Shown: in pieces, positions 49,089-62,900 of the stretch
Layout of the letters: each line of letters begins with the position of its first letter
Position numbering within the stretch: the first letter of the stretch is position 1
DNA from: Candidatus Latescibacterota bacterium
Lineage (GTDB): Bacteria; Latescibacterota; UBA2968; UBA8231
DNA: 64,000 nt
Assembly (NCBI GenBank): GCA_965206595.1
Contig: OZ242214.1
Coordinates: 3,840,001 to 3,904,000, forward strand
Direction of reading: 5' to 3'
The notes under the pieces: model-generated
The model's database searches: none
Seen by the model: the letters and a program-made list of their open reading frames with translations, nothing else
What the model was told of the DNA's origin: nothing
Program-made: the position numbers and the translations under genes

Positions 49089-51209
49089 TTGACCAACGCC
49101 AGGGATACTGATCGTCGGATACTGATCGTCGACGGCGACGAGTGCGGCGCCGCGCACCTCGAAGAGTGCCTGAAATCCCGGGGATACACGGTGTGCGCCG
49201 CGGTTTCCAGCGGCCGCCGGGCCCTGGAAAGAGCCGGGGCCGCGCGACCCGACCTGGCCCTGGTCGATCTCGGGCTCGAAGGGGAGCTGACGGGCCCGGA
49301 AACGGGGGAGCGGATCGGCAGCCGGTTCGGAGTTCCCGTGGTCTACCTGACCGACGAGGCCGATGGAGAGCTGCTGCAACGGGGGCTGGCGACTGACCCG
49401 TTCGGCTACGTGCTGAGGCCGTTCGAAGAGGGCCAGCTGCACCTGAACATCCAGGCCGCCGTCTCCAGGAACGAAAGAGAACGCAGCCATGGAGAGGCGC
49501 GGGGGCTGGAACGGACGCTCGCCCTGCAGCAGGAACAGGCCGGCCTCATGGAGACCATCTTCAGCAGCATCAGCGACGGCGTGGTGGTCGCCGACGCAGC
49601 GGGCAGGTTCACCCTGTTCAACCCCAGCGCCGAACAGATCGTCGGCGTCGGCATGCTGGATCTGCCGCCCGAACGATGGACCGGGAGATACGGGGTCTTC
49701 TATCCCGACAAGACGACCCACGTGCCCACGGAACGGCTGCCCCTGGTGCGCGCCATGCGGGGCGAGGCGACCGACGGGATCGAGCTGTTCATCCGCAACG
49801 AGAAAAGGCCGGACGGGGTGTACATCAGCGTCAGCGGGCGGCCGCTGCAGGCCGAGGTGGAGGGGCACGGCGGCGGCGTGATCGTGTTCCGCGACGTCAC
49901 CCGCCAGAAGCAGGCGGAGGCGGAACTGGCGAAGACGATGGCGGAGCTGCGCAATCAGAACGAGCTCATAGATACCGCGTTCAGGAGCATCAGCGACGGC
50001 ATCGTCGTCGCCAACGCCAAGGGGGAATTCCTCTACGTGAACCCCGGCGCCGAGCAGATCGTCGGCATGGGCGCGACGGATGCGCCGCAGGGGGAGTGGG
50101 CCGAGAGGTACGGCACCTATCATCCCGACCGGGAAACACCGATGAAGACGGAGGATCTGCCGCTGATCCGCGCCATCCACCGCGGCGAGTCCACCGACGA
50201 GGAGGACATCTTCATCCGCAATCCGAAGAAGCCGAACGGCGTCTACATCCGGGTGAGCGCGCGGCCGCTGCTCGACAAGGTCGGCGGCATCCGGGGCGGC
50301 GTGATCATCTTCCGCGACGTCACCGAGCGCCTGCTGGCCGAGGAGGCGCTCGCCCGGGCCTTCGCGCAGGGGCGGCTGGAGATCGTCGAAACCATTCTCC
50401 ACAACATCGGCAACGCCATCAACAGCGTCACCACGGGCATCGAGACCGTGCGCCGGACCCTGATGAACGACCCGGTGGGCCGCCGTCTCTTCGCCCTGGC
50501 CGCGGCGGTGCGGGAGCACCGGGAGGACTGGCTCGACTACATCGCCAACGACCCGCAGGGCCGCAAGGTGATGCCCTTCATCGTCGAGCTCGCCGAAGGC
50601 TCTTCCCGGCGCAACGAGGAGCTGATGAAGACGGTGGACCGCGTCCGCGACCGGGGCAACCACATCGCCGACATCGTCCGCACCCAGAAGGCCCTCGCCG
50701 GTCCCGGCCTGGCTCGCAAGGACATCGACCTCCACGGGGCGCTCTCGGGCGCCGTCAGGGTGTTGAGGGACTCGCTCGACCAGAGGGGCATCCAGGTCGC
50801 CATCGACTGCGACGGCGCGCCGCATCCAGGAGAGCCAGTTCCACCAGATGCTGGTCAACCTGGTCAAGAATTCCTTCGAAGCCATCGACGAGCTCGCCGC
50901 CGCGCAGGGACTCGACGACACCCCCCTCATCCGCATCAGGGCCAGCGCCGGGGAGGAATTCCTCGACCTCGAAGTGGCCGACAACGGCATCGGCATCGGC
51001 AACAAGGACACCAAGGAGCTTTTCTCCCCCGGCTACACGACGAAACAGTCGGGGAGCGGGCTCGGTCTCCATTCGGCGGCCAACTTCGTCATCGGCCTCG
51101 GAGGGCGCATGCAGCCGTTGAGCGAGGGCACCGGAAAGGGAACGACCATGCGCGTGACGCTGCCGCTTTCCGCGGTCGCTCCCCACGCAACCGCGGGAGA
51201 AGGGCCGTG

Positions 51210-51210
<1 letters not shown>
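49089..51210 (+). pseudogene. Second hybrid kinase REC-PAS-PAS-DHp-HATPase with an 11-bp frameshifting deletion near 50820
   Basis: GACGGCGCG|CCGCATCC here versus GACGGCGCG-CCCCGGCGGAT-CCGCATCC in kinase 1; the HATPase continues in another frame (50848..51210). Confidence 0.85.
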
Positions 51211-53096
<1,886 letters not shown>

Positions 53097-53141
53097 GCCG
53101 GGCGCCGGCGTTCGTCAACCGGCGGCGGTCCTCGACCGGCC

Positions 53142-53273
53142 TTCATAGAGGATGATGACTCACTCGATGCCTGGGGCATAGGACGGCACAACGTCAAAGG
53201 CGATTACGAAGCCTATTGGCGGGACCTTCGCATCCTCGTAGAAGACCAGGACCCTCAAGTCGGAGGACTGTAA
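53142..53273 (+). pseudogene. Possible orphan fragment of an adhesin repeat
   Basis: FIEDDDSLDAWGIGRHNVKGDYEAYWRDLRILVEDQD resembles the DDDAVVDDAVTLTHTVSSTGDY..VAVTIAEND repeats downstream. Confidence 0.35.
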
Positions 53274-53488
53274 CGGCTTGCGGAGGCTCAGACTGGTCGC
53301 TGTCATCGCCCTCGTTCGCCCGTTTTCCGGCTTTGTCGTACCGACCCGGGGACCTGCCGGGACCGGCATTTCACACCACGGCCCTGAGCACACAGGGGCC
53401 ACCTCGGCGGCACTCGCCGAACGCTTGGCCTGAGCGAGCCTGCCGCCCGCAAATTGCTCCCCCGGGGCGAAGTCGTCCCTCCTGCCCG

Positions 53489-53781
53489 TGTAGCCAATTG
53501 ATACTCGTGTTGCAAAACGCTACTCGCGGCGCAATTGCGACAGATCCTTTGGTTTTCCGGCCTCGGCTTTCCCCTGTAACTCCTTCATAGACACCCAGTT
53601 GTAGTAGTCCCCCACCTGCAGTCCCTCCACCACCGCGCCGCCCGAGGCGGTTCGTCCGGGCGGTTCTGCGTCGCATTCTGAGACACTCCCGCAAGACCCC
53701 CCGGGCCTCCCACGAATGCTTCTAACTCCTTCATCTGCAAGGAGTTATCTCTTCGTCTCAACAGCCGGCATGGATAGTGCT
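53489..53781 (+). promoter_or_regulatory. Sigma54 promoter with enhancer-like dyads upstream of the adhesin
   Basis: CGGCATGGATAGTGCT (GG 53767, GC 53779); dyads at 53489, 53508 and ~53526; inverted repeat TAACTCCTT-N7-AAGGAGTTA at 53723-53747. Confidence 0.75.
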
Positions 53782-53964
53782 AGTAGTAGGCGATTCCCCG
53801 CGGCAGGATGACGCACAGGTGCGTTCCTGACCGCGGGTTTTTGCAGACCACGAAAACCGCCCGGCTCCTTGCCGTTTTCCAGGTCCTTGCGGCCGCCGCC
53901 GTGATCCCCGGCCCCGCCGCGCAGGCGCAGGAAAACGCAGGCCGCGCCAAGGCACTTACAGTCC

Positions 53965-56900
53965 ATGTACGATTCATACGATCCATTGTGCCCGGGTCCC
54001 GGCGCCCCGCGGCGCGCCCCGCCGCGGTTGCGTTCCCGGAACCCCGCCGTCGCGCTGGTGTACCTGATCGCCGCGCTCGTCCTCCTCGCACCGGCCGGCA
54101 TTTGGAGCCAGGTCAACAGGGACAACCACCTGCCCGAAGTGTCCGTGAGCCTGGTGGGCGGCGTGTTGGGAACCTATGAGGATTTTCCCGTTCTGGAGGG
54201 CAACGTCATCCGCTTCGAGCTGACCCGCACGGGCGCGTTGACCGCAGCGCTGGCGGTCGAGCTGGAGGTGACCTACAACGGCAGCCGGCAGACGCGTACG
54301 GCGACGTTCCCGGCCGGCGAGCAGACCGTCGCTGTAGACGTGGCCACGGACGAGAACGAGGTGGTCGACGCCGCCCACCACTCGCTGACCGTCGCCATCC
54401 AGCCCGCCGCCACGTACCAGGTCAGTTCCGAGTCCGGCAGGGTCAGCGTCGCGGTGCCGGACGACGACATCGAGATATTCGTGAGCCGCGCCTCCCTCAG
54501 CCCCGAGTCGGTGGTCGAAGGGGAGACGGACTACTACGTCTTCGAGGTATCGCGCAACGGCGATACCTCGCTGGAGCTGGTCTCCGTGTACATGTTTGCG
54601 CAATTCGGCGACGGGGCCGTCACGACGACGGGCAATGTGAATTTCGACGCGGGCAAGGCGTCGACGCAGGCGCGCCTCCGATTGCCGGCCGATGACGACC
54701 TCCACCAGGCCGACTTCACCGTGACGTACGGCGTCGCGGAGATCGTGGATCAGCAAGAGGCTCACAGCTACCGCCGGGGCGATCCGCATACCGCCACGTT
54801 CCGCGTCCTCGATGACGACCTGCCGGTCGTGGGAATCGCGGTGGCCCCCGAGAGCGGGGATGAGGGAACCGACTTCCAGATCACCGCGACCCGCGACGGG
54901 ACCACCGGGGAATTCCTCACCGTGCTGCTGAGCGTGACCAGCAGCGGCGACTTCGGCACAGTGGCGTCATCATCCGTCACCTTCCCTCTGGGTGCGGCAG
55001 ATACCACGCTGACCCTGCCGACGGACGACGACGATCTCGACGAAGCCGACGGGACGTTGACCGTGACGCTCGACGAGAACGATGCCTACCAGATCGACGC
55101 CGACGCCGGCACGCGGTCGGTGACCGTGCGCGACAACGACCTGGTGCAGGTATCGATCTCAGCGGATCACGACGACGGCGTCACCGAGGGCGAGACGCTC
55201 ACGTTCACGCTCGCGCGCGGAGCACACAACACGGACGCGCTCGACGTGACGGTGGAGGTGAGCGAGACCGGCGCGATGGTTGCCGACGGCCTGGAAGGCT
55301 CGCGGACCGTGAGCTTCGGATCCGGTCAGGCAAGCGTATCGTTCACCGTGCCGACGTCCAACGACCAGACCGTGGAAAGAGAGAGCACGGTATCGGCGCA
55401 GATCGAGGACATGGATGCCTATGCGCCGGGTTCGCCGTCAACGGCGTCGGTCACCGTGCGGGACGACGACCAGACCGTGATTCTGACCGTGGCCCCGGAC
55501 GCGGTGACCGAGGATGGGGGCGCGCAGACCGTGACGGTGACGGCGGCGCTGCACGACCACACCAGCACCCGCGACACGCCGATCGATGTGACCGTGTCCG
55601 TGGCCGGGGAGACGGCGACCGCGGGGACCGACTTCCAGGCGGTGGCGGACTTCCCGGTGACGATCCCGGCCAACGCGCGCTCGGGAGCAGGCACGTTCAT
55701 CCTGAACGCGATCGACGACGACGCATTCGAGGAAGACAAGACGCTCACCGTCGGCGGCGCCGCGACCGGACTGAAGGTGACCACCGCGACGCTGACGCTC
55801 ACCGATGAGGACGTAGAGACCCTGCTGCAGGCGGTCACTAGGGGCGGCGCCGAGACCAACGCGACGACGGTTCGGGATATCCTGATCATGCGGGTGTTCT
55901 TCAAGGGCGCCGAGACCGTCACGGGATTCGCGGCGGATGACATCGAGGTCACCGGCGGCGCCATCACCGAGTTTCGACGGACTGACCGCAGTAACGGCAC
56001 GATTGTCCACTTCGTCTGGATAGATGCCGCCGAGGACGCCGAGATGCTCACCTTCGTGGTGCGGAAGGATGCTATAGAAGAGGGCAATTTCCGCGCCGAG
56101 GCGACCTATACCGTTGTGCCGCCCTTCACCGTCACCCTGACCAGCGAGGCGACCGGGCCGGTGCAGGGCGACTTTGTCGTATTGGCGACGTTCAGCGAGC
56201 CGGTCAATTCAGGGACTGGCGGGTCGGAGTCCGTGGCGAACCTCTTCATCGTCGACGAGGACGTCGATGTCGTGCATGGGAGGCGGCTCTACTCCAACAA
56301 GGTGTCGGCGACGCAGTGGCGGATCACCATCAGACCGGACGCCGGCTTCTACGGCACCCTGCGGGTAACCATTGCGGAGAATGCCGCGTCGTTGCTGAAC
56401 AACTCTCACATCTTCAACCAGGCGGCGGAGTTCGAGATCCTGGTGGACACCGTCTTCGACGACGCCGCGCTCGCCTCGCTGAGCCTGAGCGACCCGCACG
56501 GTAGCGGCGTCGGTCTCGATCCGGCCTTCAGCTCGGGCCATACCGGGTACGAGGCCATCTTCGGCCGCGGCGTGACCGTGCGGGTACACGCGGCGGTGCG
56601 CGACCCCGGCGCCACCTTCGTCATCGAGCCGCGCTTCGACCAGAGCGACCAGTCTGCCGGTCACGACGTGTTGCTGACGCCCGGCCGGGCGACCGAGATC
56701 ACGGTGACCGTGACCGCGGAAGACCGCACGACGCGGCGCACCTATACCGTGCGGTTGGTCAACGCGATCGTGACACTGGCGGTGACGCCGTCGCGCATCG
56801 GCGAGGACGGCGGGTCGGCCACGGTGACGGCGACGATCGATCCCCCGTTCACTCAGGAGGTGCGCGTGACGGTGGCGCCGGAGGCGGTGGCGCCGGCCGC

Positions 56901-59900
56901 GAGGGCGGATTTCATCGTCAGCGACCACAATTGGCTGGACTTTCCCGCCAATGCCACGGCGGCCACGGGCACGGTGACGATCACCGCGGTCAGCAACGAT
57001 CTGCAGACGCTGGACAAGGAGGTCCGCGTCAACGGGACGACCCGCGCGGCCGGCGTGCCGGTGATCGGGACCACGCTGACGATCGAGGACGACGACCGCG
57101 TGGCGAAGTTGACGCTGAACCCCGAATCCGTGGGCGAGGAGGGGGGGGAGCAGACCGTGACGGTGACGGCGACGATCGATCCCCAAAGCAGCACCCGCGA
57201 CAAGGCGACCGCGGTGATCGTGTCCGTGGCTGGGGGCACGGCGACCGAGGGGACCGACTTTGAGGCGGTGCCGGACTTCCCGGTGACGATCCGGGCCAAC
57301 GAGCGCTCGGGAGCAGGCACGTTCAACCTGAACGCGATCGACGACGACGCATTCGAGGAAGACGAGACCATCATCGTGAGCGGCGCCCCGTTCACGCAGA
57401 CGTCGACCGGGGCGACGCTGACGTTGACCGAGAATGACGTGCCGTGGGTGACGATGGAGAGCACGGAGGCGTCGGTCGAGGAGGGCGGCTCGGTCACGTT
57501 GACGCTGACCCGCGAAGGGTCGGTGACGAACCCGCTGACCATCCCCGGCTCGCTGTTGCGAAGCAGGATCTCGCGCGGCGAGGAGTATCGCGAGCACCCC
57601 GTCACCTTCGAGGCGGGCGAAGCGACCGCGACGCTCACCGTGGGGCCGCCTGATGACGCGGTGTTCTACACGCACCGGCAATTCAATGTCGAACTCGATA
57701 CAAGCGATCCCCGGATGTTTCGCCTGCGGCGCACTCTTTCATCAGCGGCGTTTATCTCCATCGAGAGCCAGACCTATTTCGCCTTTCCCGTGGACGACGA
57801 CGACCCGGTGCGGGTTACGATCACGCCGCAGGATGACCCGGTATCCGAAGCGAGCCGGGCCTGCTTTACAGTGTCGACCGACATGGTCTTCAGAACAGGC
57901 GTGCCGGCCGAATTGACCTTTGCGGTGACCGCCAGCCAGCAGGGCGATTTCCTCTCGGGGGCGCCCGGCAGCCACACCGTGACCCTGTCGAACTCGACGG
58001 ATGCGAACGCCTCGGAGACGCCCACCCTGTGCCTGGATCTCGACGACGACGACGAGTTCGAAGGAGACGGCTCGGTCACCCTCCAGCTCGGCGAGGGTAC
58101 CGTCCGGTTGGTCGTGGAAGACCAAGAGAGACAGGCGCCCGTCGTGGTAGCGGCCGACGCCACCGTGACCGTGACCGTCTCCGACAATGACGTGCCGTGG
58201 GTGACGATGGAGAGCGCCGCGGCGTCGGTCGATGAGGGCGGCTCGGTCACCTTCACGCTGACCCGCGAAGGGCCGCTGACGGACCCGCTGACCATCCCCG
58301 GCACGCTGTTGCGAAGCAAGATCTCGTTCGGCCATGGGTATAGCGCGCACCCCGTCACCTTCGAGGCGGGCGAAGCGACCGCGACGCTCACCGTGGGGCC
58401 GCCTGATGACGAGGTGTTCTACACGCACCGGCAATTCAATGTCGAACTCGATACAAGACATCCCTGGATGACCGATCCCCGGATGTTTCGCCTGCGGCAC
58501 GCTTCTTCACCAGCGGTGTTTTCCACCGCCGAGAGCAGGACCCATTTCGCCTTTCCCGTGAACGACGACGACCCGGTGCGGGTTACGATCACGCCGCAGG
58601 AAGACCCGGTATCCGAAGCGAGCCGGGCCTGCTTTACAGTGTCGACCGACGTGTTCTTCAGATTAGGCGTGTTGGCCGAATTGACCTTTGCGGTAGCCGC
58701 CAGCCAGCGGGGGGATTTCCTCGCGGAGGCGCCCGGCAGCCACACCGTGACCCTGTCGAACTCGACGAGTGATCCGAACGCCTCGAAGACGCCCACCCTG
58801 TGCCTGGATCTCGACGACGACAACGAGTTCGAAGGAGACGGCTCGGTCACCCTCCAGCTCGGCGAGGGTACCGTCCGGTTGGTCGTGGACAACGAAGAGA
58901 GAGAGGCGCCCGACGTGGTAGCGGCCGAAGACGGAGCCGGCGCCGCAACGGTGGACGTTTTCGATAACGAGATTGCCCAGATGGTGGGGTATCGTCTTAC
59001 CAGTGATTTACGTGATGGTACCTTGCATGTTCCTGCTCCCGAAGAGCCAGGGAGAGTCCACTTAGCCGAAGACCACGGCGTGAGTTTCACCATTCAACGT
59101 TGGGGGACGGATGCATTGGGCAATGTCCGCGAGGGGGAGAACTATGTAAACGGTTTCGATATTCGGATTCCCATACCACCCCTCACGGTAAACATCGATG
59201 CCCGTATTATATGCTTCAACGGCTTCGACGCGCCTGACTTGCTCGCCGGCCCATTGCCGACAACGGTGGTGTTCCCTGCCGGCGACGAGGATGGCGTGGA
59301 GCAAGACGACCTGTTTGTGCAACAGACACTCATTGAGTTCGTCGATGACGACGTGCTTGAGTGCGGCAGTTACATTGACGTATCCATCGCTGACGGTCTG
59401 TACCGAAGGCGGCCAACTTCCGAATTGGCCGATCCTTCCCATAGGCCGCAGTCTCCATATGCCCTTCTCGAGGTCGCAATAAACGACAATGACCAGCCAA
59501 CGACTTCCATAACGACCAATAGCGAATCAGTGGAGGAAGGGGAAGACATTGTTCTTACCGTGACCCGGCGGGATAACGATATCGTAAGTCCGCTGAACAC
59601 GACTTTGCGAGTATTTAGAAGCAATAGTAGAAATGTAGGGTTTGACAGTTATGTCCCTGGGGGTGAGGAGGTTACCCTATTTCAATCTTCAATAGGAGTA
59701 CCATTTGGCCGCAATGTGACGACAGTGATCCGTAGCCTCGAGATACCGGACGACGACGTAGATGGCGATGATTTTTTTCTGCATTTTGGTTTTTCTCCAA
59801 TTTACGGGGATTACCATATTCCAGACGGGAGCCACCCGGTGGTGAGGGTGACGGACGACGACACGCGCGGGGTGACCGTCTCGCCGACGTCGTTGTCGAT

Positions 59901-62900
59901 CCACGAAGGCTCCGAGTCCAGCTACACGGTCAAGCTGGACTCGGAGCCGACCGCGAACGTGACCGTGGCGGTCGGCGGGATGGCCGGAACGGACGTGTCG
60001 GTGAATCCCGAATCGCTGACGTTCACCAGGAGCAAATTGAACGCGAACAACTGGAACGTGGCGAAGACGATTGTGGTGAGCACCAGGGAGGACGCCGACA
60101 AGCTGGCCGACGTGGTGCGCTTGACCCACACGGCCACGGGTGGGGACTACGGCGCCAACGGGGTGACGGTCGACCTGGAGGTGACGGTCGAGGAGGACGC
60201 GTCGATCAGGCTGACGCTCGACCCGACCTCCGTACCGGAGGACGCCGGCCACTACGGCCCGCCGCCGGGCGGGGGCGGTGTTTCCGCCTGGAGAGGCGCC
60301 ACCGTGACGGTGACGGCAACGCTGAATACGGCCGCGCGGACGGAGGACACGGTGGTGCGCGTGTCGGTGGACGGCAATACCGCGAGCACGAGCGACTTAC
60401 GTCAGGAGGTGAAGCGCTTCAACCTCACGATTCCGGCGAACGCGCAGAGCGGTGAGGCGCAATTCACCCTGATACCGTTGAACGACTATACCGCAGAGGG
60501 CGATGAGACGTTGACGGTGAGCGGAGTGTTGAAGGTTCCGGTGCCGTGGCTGACGGTGGAATCGGCGGAGTTGACGTTGGCCGACGACGACGAGGTCTCG
60601 GTACTCGTGGAGCCGACGACGCTGGAGATTGACGAAGGTAGCAGCGCGACCTACAGCGTGGCGCTGACCTCGGCGCCGACCGAGGACGTGACGATCAGCA
60701 TGACGGTGAGCGGCGACAGCGATATCTCCGTACAGCCGAGGTCGCTGACGTTCACGACAACAGACTGGCTCGTAGCGCGGGCGCGGCCTGTGACGGTGGA
60801 GGCGGCGGCGGATGCGGATGCGGCGGCAGGTACGGCGACCATCGCGCACGGTGTGACGACCAGTGGAGATTACCACGGGATCGTGGCCGCGTCGGTGACG
60901 GTGACCGAAAAGGACAACGATACGGCCTCGACGACCGCGACGCTGAGCGTGTCGCCGTCGTCGGTGGCGGAACGCGGCGGTGGCCAGGATGTGACGGTGA
61001 CCGCCACGCTCAATGCGGCGACGCGGACGGAGGACACGGTGGTGCGCGTGTCGGTGGCCGGCAATACCGCGGGCACCGGCGACTTCCAGGCCGTGGAGTC
61101 TTTTGACCTCATGATCCCGGCGAACGCGCCGAGCGGCGAGGTGCCATTCAGGCTGACGCCGGTGGCCGACGGCGTGATCGAGGAGGATGAGACGGTCACG
61201 GTGAGCGGCACGGTACCGGTGTCGTCTGGCCTGACGGTGGAGAGCGCGACGGTGACGATTATCGACGACGCGCGCGGGGTGACGGTGTCGCCGACCGAGC
61301 TGACGGTGGACGAGGGGGGCGACGGTACCTACACGGTGGTGCTGACCTCAGAGCCGACCGCGGACGTGACGGTGACGGTGACCACGGACCTGGCGGGCAC
61401 GGACGTATCGGTAGACAAGACCTCGCTGACCTTCACGGCGGACAACTGGGACGATGAGCAGACGGTGACGGTAAGCGCGGCCGCGGACAACGACGCGGTG
61501 GCGGACGAGACGGTAACGCTGACCCATTCGGTGAGCAGCACGGGCGACTACGCCAGCGAGACCGCAGACGCGGTGGCGGTGACGATCGCGGAGACCGACA
61601 CGCCGACCCTGTCCATGTCCGGCGTGCGTGCGGATGAAGACGTCGGCGACATGACGTTCACGGTGACGCTGAGCCTGGCCAGCAGCAACCAGGTGACAGT
61701 GGCCTATGCCACCTCGAACGGAACGGGCGCTGGAGCGGCGACCGCGGGCGAGGACTACACGCTGACCAATGGCACGCTGACGTTCCCTGCGAACAGCACG
61801 GCGTCCCGGACGATCGCGGTTCCGATCACCGACGACGCGGTGGACGAGCCGGATGAAGAGACCTTCACCGTGACGCTGAGCAGCGCATCCAATGCGACCC
61901 TGGCGGGTGGACAGTCGACGCTGGCGGCGACCGGCACGATCACCGACGACGACGAGCGCGGGGTGACGGTGTCGGAGACGGCACTGGACATCGACGAGGG
62001 GGAGAGCGGCACCTACACGGTGGTGTTGACCTCGCAGCCGACAGGCACGGTGACGGTGGCGATGACCACGGACCTGGCGGGCACGGACGTGTCGGTTGAC
62101 AAGACGAGGCTGACGTTCCCGGCGGACAACTGGGACGATGAGCAGACGGTGACGGTCAGCGCGGCCGGGGACGAGGATGCGGTGGTGGATGATGCGGTCA
62201 CGCTGACGCACGCGGTGACCGGCGGCGACTACGGGACCAACGGAGTGACCGCGGACCCGGTGGCGGTGACGATCGTCGAGGACGACACACCGACGCTGTC
62301 GATGGCGGATGTGCGCGCGGATGAAGACGTCGGCGAGACGGTGTTCACGGTGACCCTGAGCGTGGCCAGCAGCAACGAGGTGATGGTCCAATACCGCACC
62401 TCGGATGGCACGGCGGCCGCGGGTTCGGACTATACGGAAACGACCGGGACGCTGACGTTCGAGGCCGGGACCACGACGGCGCAGGAGATCCGCGTGGCGA
62501 TCACCGACGACGCGGTCGATGAGGAAGAGGAAGAGACCTTCACCGTGACGCTGCACAGCGCCGCGAATGCGACCCTGGCCGGGGCCCAGGCGACCCTGGC
62601 GGCGACCGGGACGATTGTCGATAACGACGACCCGGCGGTGACGGTGGCGTTTGCGACGGGGACCTACACCGCGACCGAGGGCGGTGCCGCGGCGACGGTG
62701 CAGGTGCAGTTGAGCGGGGACCCGGAGCGAACGGTGGATATTCCATTGACGCATACGCCGGGCACGGACGTGGCAGCGGCGGACTACTCGGGCGTGCCGG
62801 CGAGCGTGACCTTCGCCAGCGGCGAGACCGAAAAGACCTTCGCGGTGACGGCGACCGACGACGACGTGGATGAGGACGAGGAGACCGTGACGCTGGGCTT

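Larger units (their letters stand above)
46795..51199 (+). repeat. Near-identical ~1.2-kb duplication (46795-48022 and 49986-51199)
   Basis: Last PAS, DHp and HATPase coding DNA match over long identical runs. Confidence 0.92.

Noticed and set aside
57433-58928. Diversity-generating retroelement TR/VR pair
   Set aside because: No reverse transcriptase in the window, mismatches are not adenine-specific, and both copies lie in one ORF.
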